Source of the DNA: a virus
Taxonomy: Duplodnaviria > Caudoviricetes
Virus record (IMG/VR): IMGVR_UViG_3300032247_001517
Coordinates: 1-62,483 of that record
DNA length: 62,483 nucleotides
Reading direction: 5' to 3' (one strand)
Position 1 is the first letter of the stretch; each line of letters opens with the position of its first letter. Shown here piece by piece: positions 48,504-59,781 of the stretch. Under the pieces are notes generated by a model, which made no database searches, had not been told where the DNA came from, and saw nothing but the letters and a program-made list of their open reading frames with translations. The position numbers and the translations under genes were made by a program.

Positions 48504-48638
48504 TTAAGACCTCGTACTTACTAAGATCTCATCAGTAGCAGCATCCTTGATCACGAGAAAGCCGTATATCATAACGGCTCCGTCCTCATCCGGCAGCGTG
48601 GTCTTAACTGTATCTTCGTTTTTTGGCGCGTCTTGCAT
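48504..48638 (-). CDS. 44-aa protein resembling the N-terminus of the downstream gene (absent from the ORF track)
   Basis: MQDAPKNEDTVKTTLPDEDGAVMIYGFLVIKDAATDEILVSTRS; fills the intergenic gap. Confidence 0.7.
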   Translation of the reverse strand: MQDAPKNEDTVKTTLPDEDGAVMIYGFLVIKDAATDEILVSTRS

Positions 48639-48645
48639 GATTTAT

Positions 48646-51600
48646 TTAGCTCCTCGTTCCGGGGTGATCTTGCAAGAACTTGGCCATGCTTGATTTGCTA
48701 TACTGCAGCCCATTTGCCTCAGCTGCCCATCTGTAACCACCGGGTATTGCAAGATTTACGCTGGCATCAAGTACTGGCTCCCCTACAACGTGGCTTATGC
48801 TGCTACCAAACTTCACTTCAGCTCTAGGAGTTGCAAGTCTCACATTGCGCCAACCTACAGCCGGCGCCGCAGTAAAGCTCACATAGGTGCCAGGCATGGA
48901 TTGGCTTGGATTTTCGACTATGGTATAGGTACCAACCGTTGCATCGATCTCAGTGTCAACCTGCACAGTTGTTCCAACAGTAACCACTATGTTGCCACCA
49001 ATAGGCAGGCTGCCTTGTCCTGCAGCAAACAGGGTAGTAACACCATCCCCGTCATAGAAGATGCTGTCGTACAAGACGCTCACATTGGCAACCGGAGTGT
49101 TAAACGTGCCGCGTTGGAGTTGTTCGAGGAATCCTCGATTTGGATACAGTTCTGTTGGCTCGGCTTTCACCGACCAATAGTCTATACGCTCGTCCCCTAT
49201 CCAAATCGTACCACTTTGATATTCTGTAGGCATACCCAACACTGTTATATCTGCAACTTCAATAGCATCACTGTATACGGTAACATCGGACAGCAACCTA
49301 GTTCTATTTGCATCGCTAAGCACTGTGCTGGTTTTTTCAATATCAGTTGATATCGTTCTCCATGCAATAGCTGGTTTTTCTGGCAGATTGGACATGTATT
49401 GTACGTCTATAACATCGTTCAATGTGTGTGCTATGCCAGGTGCAAATACTAATGCAGCATCACCGCGGTATTCTGTCTGCCAACCATATGCCTCCCAGGG
49501 TACTATGTCCCAACCAGGTATAGCATCAACTGTTATCAGCTGATAATCGTACATCAGAGTAAGTTGATCACCCTGCGTTATCTGCTGGCCGGGGATATAA
49601 ACCTGCTGCCATACCATCAGTGTGCTATCATCATATGGTTTGAAGGATAGCACATAAGTACCCGGTTTATTGCCAGGTACCACAGGATAGCAAGGTCCTA
49701 TCAACCTCTGTGCGTTAAAGTCATAGCTGAGATCTTCGTTATAGGTTATCACCTTGATGATATCGCCAGTGGTAGGCTGGTATGGGTTGGTTTCCCAACC
49801 AAAGTAACCACTCCAACCAATCTCGTCCCAGCCGGGAGGAGAGTTGTTAAACACCAACAACCCGCCCTGTACCTGGAATGACCAACCGTATGCAGTATCA
49901 ACTACTACCAAACTAACAGGTGCATTCACTATAGGAGCTGCATAGAAAACTACGTTAGGACCAACAATGGTGTAATCGTTTCCATAGGTTTGAAGATTGC
50001 TACCAACATAAACCAACAACGCTGCAGGATTTTCAGGCATATAGATTGCAGCAAACACAGTTTGAATACCATCTGATCGATATTCTTGCACAGATGGCCC
50101 TGCGTACTCTAATCCATTTATCAACAGCGTTGTGCTGTAATACTGCGGTTTGGTGCTGCTAGGCGGTGGATATAGCGCATAGAAATACTGTCCAGTTTCA
50201 GCAGGAATTATTTGGTCTCTGACTATGCTGAAATTGGTATTACTAAATGCTGATATGACCAATGTGCTATCGTTGGGTGGTGCAGGATCGATTGTTATTA
50301 TCTTGCCTGTAGCTGTGATTGCAGCATTGATGCCATTCTGCAGCATGACACCGTCTAGGGTTATCATCGCAAAATTGATGTCATCATTGGGTAGTGGCGA
50401 TCCGATAGCAAATTGAGTCTGAGATCCGTCGCCGGTGAATATGTCCTGTGATAGCATGTTGGTGTACAGTGCAGCAAATGTTGCATCTGTTCCGTTTCCA
50501 GTCGTGCTGTTTTGGGCTATCGGAGATGTTGGATGCAGGCTATAGGTGCCCTGGTTGCCCATGATAGCTGCAAATATACCCCACTGTATGTCAATCACAG
50601 ATCCTGCGCCTGCACCGTTGGTGGTGTAAGAGTAGGATAGTGGCACGTATTGGTATATACCACCCTGTGTTATGCTTAATCCTGTGATAGCTCCGGTTCC
50701 TATCTCTATATTAGTGACCGCAAGCTCTACCTTATAGGTTTCACTGGTAGCGTAATCGTCTTCTAGAATCAGAACATCGCCTATTTCATAACCTCGGCCC
50801 CCATCCAAAATGTTTGTCTGTACGGCTATAACCTCATTTACTATGACCTGAGCAGCATCACCGTTGGCTGTTAATCCACCTGCCAACACAATGCTATCGC
50901 CAGGTAGATAACCGTATCCGCCTGTAACAACAGATACCTGTTTGATACCCAGTCCGGTTCCACCCGCAGATATGGTTAAAATCTGCAGAGTTTTGCCAGT
51001 TGGTGGCACTGGGAATACAATCTGGTTAGTAGCCCAATTGATCACGTAATCAGCTGTGATACCGTAATCCAACAACACACCATCCATCTGTACCAGCACT
51101 GCTGCAGTGTCCATTGGTTTGATTCCCATGGCAAAGTGATCAGCCTTACCATCTAGATCATAAACTCTGGTATAAATGATAGGCGACCCACCCGATGGCT
51201 GAGAATACACATCCATCCTAGTGCTTTCTAGCAATCTCGCAGTGTATAATTCTTCTGGATGGTTTTCGCCGACATACGGCTGCAAGAATTGATTACCGTC
51301 ATTGATGATATCGATTGGTCCGGTTGGTGCGGGCAAGAAGGTGGTACCAACATATAGCATGAATATGTTTGGAGACGAGTTGCTGTCTGGCGGTACGTTG
51401 AATACCAAGGTCTGACCGCCCCAAACTGGCTGGAATGCTGCACCGTATCCACTGCCCATGGCATATGGTTGATATGACACTGGGATAACATCACCCTTGA
51501 ATAGATCATATTCGCCGCTAGTATCCAATGTCCATGCGGTTATCGCACCATATTCGTCCACAGCTGCAACAGTTATATCAGTGGCTGCCAGTCTGGGCAC

Positions 51601-54600
51601 TAGATCCAATACCAGCTTGTCACCTATCGCATATCCAGCACCACCTGATGCCAATAACAGCGACGTGACATAATTTGGTATTATCCAATCCACGCCATAG
51701 TATTGCAGTTGGCTGTTAGCCCAAACCACTACCATTCCCGGATCTTGTACCAGTCGGCGCAGGTTAAATGCACGTTTTGATCCAGTACCGTAGAATGAAT
51801 CATAATCTGGTACCACACCACCTTGCACCAATACATCGAGGTAATTGGTAAATGCAGACTGATCTGCGTCCCAGCCTGTTGGTGCACCCCAAGGGGCTTT
51901 CTGCCAGCCAGGCGAATAATCGAAACCAAGGCTATCCATTATGATGCCACGATAATCACTGTTGGTGATAAGATTTGGATCGTCTTTGCGTATCATGTTT
52001 GCAGTAGGAGAATAGAATTCTACGATCCTGTCAAATGCACCAAAGCTCACGGGTAGATAGGTGTTGTTTTCAAATTCCCAAGCCTTGGCTGCCCATGGAT
52101 AGCTTTCCCAGCCAATGGATATGCTAGCTACTCTATCAAAGACCAGTTTCATCTTGAGAGTACGGATGAGCTCTGGATTGGTAAGATAGTTTTGCTGCCA
52201 TGCATTGACAGTGTTGCCGTGTATGTTGACATTAACATTGTCAAAGTCAGTGACATAGACTTCGTCAAAATCTGCTAGCGTGCGCTGTGTTATGAATTCT
52301 CTGACCTTGACATGGTACGGCTTTATCTCATTAACGTAGGCCAGCAGCGCATCACTGTAATCAGGCTTGTATATCTCGCTGTGGCTCAGTGGTATGTTAA
52401 ACCCTTCCAGGGTTATGAAACTGGTCTTGAATATCCAATCCACGAATCCCTGCTCCACCAGGATATAGTTTATCATGTTGAAGAACAGTTCGTTTAGGTA
52501 TACTGATTCACCTGGCACATCCGGATTTGGATTGTTGAATATCGCATAGCGCAATCCATCAATGATGTTGCCAAACTCCACATGCGGGAATATATCAAAC
52601 CCAGTGCTATCAAAAGGAGTAGTGCCAAACAGCATGGTATTGATGCTACCATTATAAACGCCATCACTGATCTGTATGGTACCATTCTGGTAACCTACTG
52701 TCACCCATGCTCCAACATTGTTGGTGAGTATCCATTTGTAGATAGCCCAATAGCCGTCACCTCGGTTGAGAACTTTGACAGTGACATTAGCTTGATTGCT
52801 GTACTGCTCCCTATCAAGGAGATTAGATACAGTGTAAGTTGGTATGGTGGCAGCAGTTACACCGCTGCCTATCAGATACCAATCAACATAGTACCAATAA
52901 TTCGGAGTGTTAAATGCCTGTACAGCTAGGCGAGTCCACAGATAATTGCCATTGTTGTAATCGTAGCTGTAGAGGTTCCAGAGATTGTTATTGTCAGCAC
53001 CGCCGAGCACCAACACGGTTGATCCAGACGGTATGTTACCTGCTAAGCTATCTCGACTGCTGATGGTTCCCACGGTGTAATCAGCAGCCGGAGCTGGTTG
53101 TGCCCTGTCAAAATACTTCTTCCAATCCGAACGATTTATGTCAGGTGACAGCAGTATGGTCAGCAGCAGCTGATTAGACTTATCAACATATGACTGTGCA
53201 GCTAGTAATCTGTACTTAAACCAACTCTGCCTAGGACGTATCAGTGTGCCGTAACGCATTATGTCACTGAGATATGGATCTGGAACGTTTTGATCCTGTC
53301 CATCCTTGCTGGTCAAACTGTCCTTTAATTTGAGCCAGAAATAATCACTTGGTATGCTGGTTGGATCATTTTCTCTGACCAGATCCCACTGCTTGTAATC
53401 ATTTTGGTTGTTCTCAAGATGTGTATACAGCAGGCTAAGCACGGTTTCTTCACCGCTGAGTGCATACCCAACATTGGCAACAAGTATGTTTCTATCATCT
53501 ATAGCAGCATACCATCTTACACCGTAGCTAGTAGGATAGGTGATGATATTAGCTATCTCTAGAGTGGTAACATTCCTCGTAGGAGGCAGTGGTAGCGTAG
53601 TTGCATTCTTGACCCAGAAATAATACAGCGTTTGAGCTGTGTATGCAGCTGTGTATGTGGTCAATGTAGTATAGGCAGGATTGCTGGAGTTCAGCACGGT
53701 TCCTGACGGTGTGTAATTGATACCGTACTGTACGAAACTCACTTGGTTTGCAACATAGGTAGCCCATTGATCAGGTGGTACTGGACTCTGTACCCATTCG
53801 TACACGTCTACGGTAGTACCCTGTGCTATCTTACCCCAGTTCTGCCAACGGTATGCAGTATCACCAATCTCATAATCCAAATATCGTATGCTGCTGAGAT
53901 CCCACCAGGTCTCACCAATGTGTTCAGGACCCCAGGCTCTGGCCGAATCGATCGGATACAGCAGCGGGTCTCCGGTATTGTATGCAGCAGGATCGTATAT
54001 GCTCCTACGATCAAGATTTTTCTGCGCTAGGCTTGGAATGAAACCCTTGGCAGGATCATAATATTCAAGGTATGCATAGATGCTACCAGAAATCTTGTTA
54101 TATAGTTTGCCCTGCAGCATCAAAGCTGCATCTACCTTAGGCTGCTGAGTACGCTGTGGCATCCAGTCGCCGTTGATATAGCTGTACACTGTCCAACCGC
54201 CGCGACCGTAAGTAGTGTGGTCAACATAGGCCACGTCGCCGGGCTGCCAACCGCCCAGGGGTGGATATTGATCTCTGTCTGTTTCGGTAGAATATCGAAT
54301 GCGCTTGTAGGAATAGAACTGCCCGCCCGATCCCAGAGAATAACTGCTGACCGGAACCGTAAAGCTATTGCCGTTGCCGGTTACATTGCTGACAACAAAC
54401 GTGCCTTCTAGTGCAGTCACATTGCTGATACCCGTGAGCACCACGATATCGCCGGTACCAACATCCACGTTGCCTGAACAATTTATGATGGTAGGTATGC
54501 CAGAATTAGCTGGAGCTGTGTTGATTACGTTAACAGGTGCTTGATTAAACTGCCAGACTGTCCATCCCTGTTTGTCATCTATGTACTGCCATACAGTATC

Positions 54601-57600
54601 CCCGTTTTTCATTGGATTAGACGTGAGAGCCTGCGTGCTCCATAGGCTGGTAAGCATGCTGAGGTTTGATACGGTATAGGTGGTTTCGCCCTGCAGCACG
54701 TATCCCGATGTGGGCAAATCTACTTGATAGTCCTGATCAAGGCTGCTGCGGATCGGGAATAGCGGATTGGTCTCGCTGCTGTAACTGGTTGGAGGTACTA
54801 CTATCTTGGGATCATTTGGTATGAGCACTATCACGCCATCTAGATCCTTGTCGCTGGTCTGCTTACCAAAAACAGTGATCTGTTGAGGATCGTTAATGTA
54901 TTGGTTCTGAGGTATTATGAAATCAATGCCTATGTTCAGAGCAGTGCTACCAAATCTAGATGCTCTTAGCGCATATTCTTCGTAATAGCTGAAATCGCTG
55001 GTCACTGGTATGATGCTGTTGTTACGCAATAGCTTGCTGATAGCGCCCCTAGTGCCCTTCTGTCTTATGAATCCCTGATAGAACTGGAATTCTGTTGAAT
55101 CTTCTAGCAGAAGATTCTGCAGATACAACCTCTGCTGGAATCCGATCTGGTGCTTGGCTAGATTTGAAATCGCAGTTACATCTACGGCTGCCAAGCTGGT
55201 GCCACTTACTACCAAGTTGCCAGTCACAGGATCTATGCTGGTATAATTTTTTGGTTGTTCAATGTTGTAATACTTGCGGAAATCATCGGCTGTCTTTTCA
55301 AAATTAGGCACGGTGTTCCACTGATTGTCAGTGCCATTTTGATACAAGAAATAACCTGGGGCGTCGACACGACCATTCCAATCGTTGGTCCTATATGCGT
55401 ATAGCTTCAATCTAGGCTGTGCTATATTGTACAATGGGTCATAGATGGTATCACCAAATGCTGTTTGGTTGTCTATCAGTATTACGCTTTCCAATGTGCT
55501 ACTGAATAAACGCATGCCGTAGATGTTCTGTGGTCCTATCGCATTGATTGTTATCGTATTATCATAGCGCAGCACTTCCAGGTTTGGACCATCAATGCGT
55601 CCGCCAGCCTTGTCAATCACAGGATAGGTGCCGCTGATTATGCCGTTAACAAACTGCACATTACCAAATGCTTGCTGGTACTTTGCAGTGATAGCTAGCG
55701 GACTCAAAGTTATGAAGTTACCGTTAGCCCAATTGCCTTGGCTCCAGAAAAGAAATTCTCGTCCAGCTTGAACCCAGTCTAGCGTGGTGTTACCATCCTG
55801 GTCGTATTGGTCAAAGATCCATCCTTGGAATTCTTGATAGCGTTGCAGGCTAATCAAGAAATCAAAGACTTCTTGTTTGGTAGCAAAGATCGTGCCGTAC
55901 TGTACTTCTTCTGCGGCCTTTACTGGCGTTTGATACCATGTAACCCTGTCATTGCCTACTACCAGAGTGCTCTTGGCCCCAAATTTATTGCTAGGTATTA
56001 TCAAGAAGTACTGATTGACACCGTCGTAGCCCAGCACCTTCCATCCGTTCTGCACCTGCGTGATTATCACACCGCTATAGAAACTGGTCCTTATGCTGGC
56101 ACTGCGGTAGAGATATGTCTTGACATTCTCAGTGGGTATGAGCTGCGTGCTGTAGCCAATCTGTCCAAAGCTATCAACAGCGAGGTAGCTGTTGCTGCCA
56201 ATGAATCCGCCTACCTGATGAGCAAGCTGCACGTTGGTACCGCGCACTATGTTGCCTAGATACTGTGTGATGTTTAGATTCTGGCTGATCACATATTCAC
56301 TGATCCAGTGCTGTATACCACCGCTACCATAGTAGGTCAGGGTGCTTTCGTTTGGTACCTGGATGTTACCACCGACTGCACTAGGATTCTCCCTGTGCAC
56401 ATACAGCTGGCTGTTAGGCCGCCTGTTATTGGTATCTATGTAGATCCACTGATCGGTCTCCTGTTCAGAGAACACGTTAACGTTTCTCAGGGTATCCCAG
56501 TTGTATTCTATGAACTGAGCAGGTTTCATTAGATAGCTGTATTCTGCCACCACGAAGTTATATTCGTTGCTGTAATACCAAACTGATTCAACTGGAGCGC
56601 CATCTCCAAATTGCCAGTCAGATTTGGCCTGCTCAGTGCTAGGTAAACTGGCCACTGTGCCAGCTGCCAGCGGCGGGAGCAGATTTCCCTGTTCATCAAC
56701 GGGTATGCAATTCAGCAGTCCTGGTCGCACTCCTGCTAGATAAATGCCTGCACGCGGTCCTTGCCTGATCAAACCTGCTGCCAAATCTTCCCACATTGCA
56801 GTGTTACCGCGTGTGTACGGAGCTGGACCATATTCATCTGTCCACCAGCTTGGTTGCTGGCTGAATCCCAGCATTTCCCAGGGTGCTAGATGCGGACGAT
56901 CAGTGTCATAATACCAACGGTAGATGCCCTGCCAATAACCGGGACCGTATCTACCATTGCGATCGGGGCAGTTTGAATAATTCCAGGTAAACTGATCGTT
57001 TGGATCATAGGTCGTATTGGCGCGATAATCAACCTGATTGTTTATGACCCACTTGTCGAACATGGGATAGTTGATGCTCAAGAACTCTTTCAGTGTGAAG
57101 TCACTGTTGCGCCAACGACCCGGCGTGTAAGGAGTGATATCAAATGCTAGCTGGGCCTGAGGGTCCATATATGCATCGGGCATGTTATTGAATAGATCCA
57201 GTTCGAACTGCAACCACGCAGCTGCAACCGGATTGGTTAGCTGTGCAGGATTAGACGTAGATTGCTGTCCATACATGATAGTACCCAACGGCATACCGTC
57301 GTAGGCCATGATGATCCTAGCACCGTTGTGGCACTGTATGGCAAGATGCACGCCTTGCAGATATACCACAGGTTGATATGCTGGGGTCACACCCAGTCGA
57401 GTAGCAGTAGGTGGCACGTATGTGGGATTAGTGCTCTTTAGATAGGTATAACCACCCTTTGGACCATCTGGACCGCTATTAGCCCAAGGACTGGCTGGAT
57501 TTTTGCCAAGGTTTATCTGTTTGTAGGCAGTGTTTACCCAGGTCTCTGGACTCTCGGCTGCTGTGTATCCGTTTCTCCACAGGTTCAACAATGCGTTTAT

Positions 57601-59781
57601 GAAACGATTGTAGAAGCGATTATAATCACGTTGTGCAAATTGCATAGCCAGCATTGGATCTGTCTTGCTCTGCACTGAATTAATACCCACAGTAACGTTA
57701 CTGCTGGACAGTATCATTGGTTTGATCAGAGGAGCTCTGTTCTGCAATATGGCCAAACCAAGTCCGCGTATCTGAGGAGTATCGCGCCAGTTGTTATTAT
57801 TGTGCGGCTCGCCTTCAAATCCAGGTTGATTTATCAATATCGTTTCAAACTGTTGCAGGAACTGGCTCTGAGTGACAGATGAAATCTGCAGATTGTTGGG
57901 GTTGGCCCGCAGGTTTGGTGGTACCTCGTAGTACCCATTGCGATGTATTGGGCTGCTGTTGCTCCAGCTCCTGATGTTTACACGCTGTCCATAAACAGCA
58001 GGTACTGCAAGCTTTACAATGTTATCAGATACTGTGTAATCTACACCTTGCTTCAGCAAAACAGATTGCTGATCATAGATCAGTGTAACGTATATGCTGG
58101 GCAACAATCCAGGATTTGCAGCTGGTATCTGATCGATAACGAACGAGTCTGTGGTAGCATTTACGGTATAATCGTTTACGATGTACTGCCTGCTTGGTTC
58201 GGGAGACCTATACCACTCGTTATTGAATTCAAATCCCTGCGGCTTGTTGTTCCTATAGTAAGCATAACCATATATAGGAGTATCAGCAGCATCGCTGACA
58301 TATTGATAGGTCTGACTGACGATGGCATTATCAAACACATAGTTACCAAACTGGTCAGTCTTGGGTGAGAATCCAAGTTCGGTATCAACTGCAGCATATA
58401 CATCCTGCTTGTAGGTAAAGACAGTGTTGCCCGCAAACGTGCTGCTTGGATAGATGCTAGGATCGTCTAGTGCGTTACCATCGTAGTCATACAGCATGAA
58501 TTTAGGTGCCTCGAACGGCACTCGCTGCTGCGACCTCTTCCACGCAGTACCATCATACCAATATTGCACATGTCCAATGTATGAACCAGTGGCTGATAAT
58601 GGTATGGTATCAAACAGGCACAGTATGGTTTCACCATACACAGGAGGACCTCCAATCAAGGTCAAGGTTATCACGCCGACCGTGGTTAAACCTTCTACTT
58701 GATAGACTCGGTTGTTAACCAATGAATTTGTATCACCTGTGACCAAGATGGTGTCACCGTCTTGTAGATAGATGCCAGGGAACACAGTGTACGAAGTTTG
58801 ACCTACTATGCTAGTAAACACATCAGATACATCTGATAGCACATAGGTCACGTTTGGACGTCCTATGTAACCGTTGTTGTACAGCTGCATGTCAGATTCA
58901 AATTCTATTATAGGACGTGCTGCTCTCTGCTGGAATGAAGCAAATACAGATGTCTTTGATTTAACCAGGACATCTATATGGAACCAACGGTTGTTGCTGC
59001 TCCACTGGTTAGTAGGATGCTTGCTACGACCTATGGTTAGATAGTCCTTGATATAAAGCTGATCGTCGCCGTCCCAGCCCAGCGTGTCCCATGCACGTTC
59101 ATCCCAGTTAGGATCTAGATACTCGGGGGTAGCGATCAATTCTATGTCACGACCAACACCGTTTATGAGAAATGGATTACCATTCAGTGCTAGATCCGAA
59201 TCATTGGTTGTCTGTATCACCAATCCGGTGGTGAACACCAGAGGTTCATTGATTATCTCACCAGTGCTGCTCAGCTGATATGGACCAGGATAGGTATACT
59301 GTCTCTGTCCGATAGCTGTGCGATTGAGATCCGTGTTTGCCAGCAATATAACTGGATCAGGACCTGCTGGTATCCAATAATATTTGGTATAATTGATCAG
59401 CTTATCTATATCAATTGGCGGCGACCAACTGTAGTATTCCTGTTCAAACAGCCTGCTTTGATTGTCAATGTTTGCACCCTGGAACTGCAGAGCATTGACG
59501 AAATCATGATAGAACATGATGTTGGTAACAGCACCGCTGTTCAAGTTAGTGCTAACGCTGGTCTCAGGCAGCTGATAATCTGCGCGAGATTTGGTTGGTT
59601 CTCCCACATAGAAATCAGTCATAGGGTCGTAGTAGCTTGGTTTGGTCCCTATGTAACCGTTAATGAATTCCACGCTCTCCGGTTGAAACAGATGATCAAC
59701 CGTTGCCGAGAAGAATTTGGTAAGCGTATCAGTTTGATTGACGCCTGGTAGAAGTTTAATGGGCCTACGATGTTCAACCAT
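48646..59781 (-). CDS. Giant (3711 aa) baseplate/tail structural protein
   Basis: Uninterrupted ORF after the wedge gene; IDIDKLINY, KPYHVKVREF, repeated GDGxxTxF Ig-like modules and GW(D/E) motifs. Confidence 0.8.
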   Translation of the reverse strand: MVEHRRPIKLLPGVNQTDTLTKFFSATVDHLFQPESVEFINGYIGTKPSYYDPMTDFYVGEPTKSRADYQLPETSVSTNLNSGAVTNIMFYHDFVNALQFQGANIDNQSRLFEQEYYSWSPPIDIDKLINYTKYYWIPAGPDPVILLANTDLNRTAIGQRQYTYPGPYQLSSTGEIINEPLVFTTGLVIQTTNDSDLALNGNPFLINGVGRDIELIATPEYLDPNWDERAWDTLGWDGDDQLYIKDYLTIGRSKHPTNQWSSNNRWFHIDVLVKSKTSVFASFQQRAARPIIEFESDMQLYNNGYIGRPNVTYVLSDVSDVFTSIVGQTSYTVFPGIYLQDGDTILVTGDTNSLVNNRVYQVEGLTTVGVITLTLIGGPPVYGETILCLFDTIPLSATGSYIGHVQYWYDGTAWKRSQQRVPFEAPKFMLYDYDGNALDDPSIYPSSTFAGNTVFTYKQDVYAAVDTELGFSPKTDQFGNYVFDNAIVSQTYQYVSDAADTPIYGYAYYRNNKPQGFEFNNEWYRSPEPSRQYIVNDYTVNATTDSFVIDQIPAANPGLLPSIYVTLIYDQQSVLLKQGVDYTVSDNIVKLAVPAVYGQRVNIRSWSNSSPIHRNGYYEVPPNLRANPNNLQISSVTQSQFLQQFETILINQPGFEGEPHNNNNWRDTPQIRGLGLAILQNRAPLIKPMILSSSNVTVGINSVQSKTDPMLAMQFAQRDYNRFYNRFINALLNLWRNGYTAAESPETWVNTAYKQINLGKNPASPWANSGPDGPKGGYTYLKSTNPTYVPPTATRLGVTPAYQPVVYLQGVHLAIQCHNGARIIMAYDGMPLGTIMYGQQSTSNPAQLTNPVAAAWLQFELDLFNNMPDAYMDPQAQLAFDITPYTPGRWRNSDFTLKEFLSINYPMFDKWVINNQVDYRANTTYDPNDQFTWNYSNCPDRNGRYGPGYWQGIYRWYYDTDRPHLAPWEMLGFSQQPSWWTDEYGPAPYTRGNTAMWEDLAAGLIRQGPRAGIYLAGVRPGLLNCIPVDEQGNLLPPLAAGTVASLPSTEQAKSDWQFGDGAPVESVWYYSNEYNFVVAEYSYLMKPAQFIEYNWDTLRNVNVFSEQETDQWIYIDTNNRRPNSQLYVHRENPSAVGGNIQVPNESTLTYYGSGGIQHWISEYVISQNLNITQYLGNIVRGTNVQLAHQVGGFIGSNSYLAVDSFGQIGYSTQLIPTENVKTYLYRSASIRTSFYSGVIITQVQNGWKVLGYDGVNQYFLIIPSNKFGAKSTLVVGNDRVTWYQTPVKAAEEVQYGTIFATKQEVFDFLISLQRYQEFQGWIFDQYDQDGNTTLDWVQAGREFLFWSQGNWANGNFITLSPLAITAKYQQAFGNVQFVNGIISGTYPVIDKAGGRIDGPNLEVLRYDNTITINAIGPQNIYGMRLFSSTLESVILIDNQTAFGDTIYDPLYNIAQPRLKLYAYRTNDWNGRVDAPGYFLYQNGTDNQWNTVPNFEKTADDFRKYYNIEQPKNYTSIDPVTGNLVVSGTSLAAVDVTAISNLAKHQIGFQQRLYLQNLLLEDSTEFQFYQGFIRQKGTRGAISKLLRNNSIIPVTSDFSYYEEYALRASRFGSTALNIGIDFIIPQNQYINDPQQITVFGKQTSDKDLDGVIVLIPNDPKIVVPPTSYSSETNPLFPIRSSLDQDYQVDLPTSGYVLQGETTYTVSNLSMLTSLWSTQALTSNPMKNGDTVWQYIDDKQGWTVWQFNQAPVNVINTAPANSGIPTIINCSGNVDVGTGDIVVLTGISNVTALEGTFVVSNVTGNGNSFTVPVSSYSLGSGGQFYSYKRIRYSTETDRDQYPPLGGWQPGDVAYVDHTTYGRGGWTVYSYINGDWMPQRTQQPKVDAALMLQGKLYNKISGSIYAYLEYYDPAKGFIPSLAQKNLDRRSIYDPAAYNTGDPLLYPIDSARAWGPEHIGETWWDLSSIRYLDYEIGDTAYRWQNWGKIAQGTTVDVYEWVQSPVPPDQWATYVANQVSFVQYGINYTPSGTVLNSSNPAYTTLTTYTAAYTAQTLYYFWVKNATTLPLPPTRNVTTLEIANIITYPTSYGVRWYAAIDDRNILVANVGYALSGEETVLSLLYTHLENNQNDYKQWDLVRENDPTSIPSDYFWLKLKDSLTSKDGQDQNVPDPYLSDIMRYGTLIRPRQSWFKYRLLAAQSYVDKSNQLLLTILLSPDINRSDWKKYFDRAQPAPAADYTVGTISSRDSLAGNIPSGSTVLVLGGADNNNLWNLYSYDYNNGNYLWTRLAVQAFNTPNYWYYVDWYLIGSGVTAATIPTYTVSNLLDREQYSNQANVTVKVLNRGDGYWAIYKWILTNNVGAWVTVGYQNGTIQISDGVYNGSINTMLFGTTPFDSTGFDIFPHVEFGNIIDGLRYAIFNNPNPDVPGESVYLNELFFNMINYILVEQGFVDWIFKTSFITLEGFNIPLSHSEIYKPDYSDALLAYVNEIKPYHVKVREFITQRTLADFDEVYVTDFDNVNVNIHGNTVNAWQQNYLTNPELIRTLKMKLVFDRVASISIGWESYPWAAKAWEFENNTYLPVSFGAFDRIVEFYSPTANMIRKDDPNLITNSDYRGIIMDSLGFDYSPGWQKAPWGAPTGWDADQSAFTNYLDVLVQGGVVPDYDSFYGTGSKRAFNLRRLVQDPGMVVVWANSQLQYYGVDWIIPNYVTSLLLASGGAGYAIGDKLVLDLVPRLAATDITVAAVDEYGAITAWTLDTSGEYDLFKGDVIPVSYQPYAMGSGYGAAFQPVWGGQTLVFNVPPDSNSSPNIFMLYVGTTFLPAPTGPIDIINDGNQFLQPYVGENHPEELYTARLLESTRMDVYSQPSGGSPIIYTRVYDLDGKADHFAMGIKPMDTAAVLVQMDGVLLDYGITADYVINWATNQIVFPVPPTGKTLQILTISAGGTGLGIKQVSVVTGGYGYLPGDSIVLAGGLTANGDAAQVIVNEVIAVQTNILDGGRGYEIGDVLILEDDYATSETYKVELAVTNIEIGTGAITGLSITQGGIYQYVPLSYSYTTNGAGAGSVIDIQWGIFAAIMGNQGTYSLHPTSPIAQNSTTGNGTDATFAALYTNMLSQDIFTGDGSQTQFAIGSPLPNDDINFAMITLDGVMLQNGINAAITATGKIITIDPAPPNDSTLVISAFSNTNFSIVRDQIIPAETGQYFYALYPPPSSTKPQYYSTTLLINGLEYAGPSVQEYRSDGIQTVFAAIYMPENPAALLVYVGSNLQTYGNDYTIVGPNVVFYAAPIVNAPVSLVVVDTAYGWSFQVQGGLLVFNNSPPGWDEIGWSGYFGWETNPYQPTTGDIIKVITYNEDLSYDFNAQRLIGPCYPVVPGNKPGTYVLSFKPYDDSTLMVWQQVYIPGQQITQGDQLTLMYDYQLITVDAIPGWDIVPWEAYGWQTEYRGDAALVFAPGIAHTLNDVIDVQYMSNLPEKPAIAWRTISTDIEKTSTVLSDANRTRLLSDVTVYSDAIEVADITVLGMPTEYQSGTIWIGDERIDYWSVKAEPTELYPNRGFLEQLQRGTFNTPVANVSVLYDSIFYDGDGVTTLFAAGQGSLPIGGNIVVTVGTTVQVDTEIDATVGTYTIVENPSQSMPGTYVSFTAAPAVGWRNVRLATPRAEVKFGSSISHVVGEPVLDASVNLAIPGGYRWAAEANGLQYSKSSMAKFLQDHPGTRS

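Noticed and set aside
48646-59781. Intein or tape-measure identity for the giant ORF
   Set aside because: No intein or LAGLIDADG motifs noticed; composition is aromatic and beta-rich, not Ala/Leu helical
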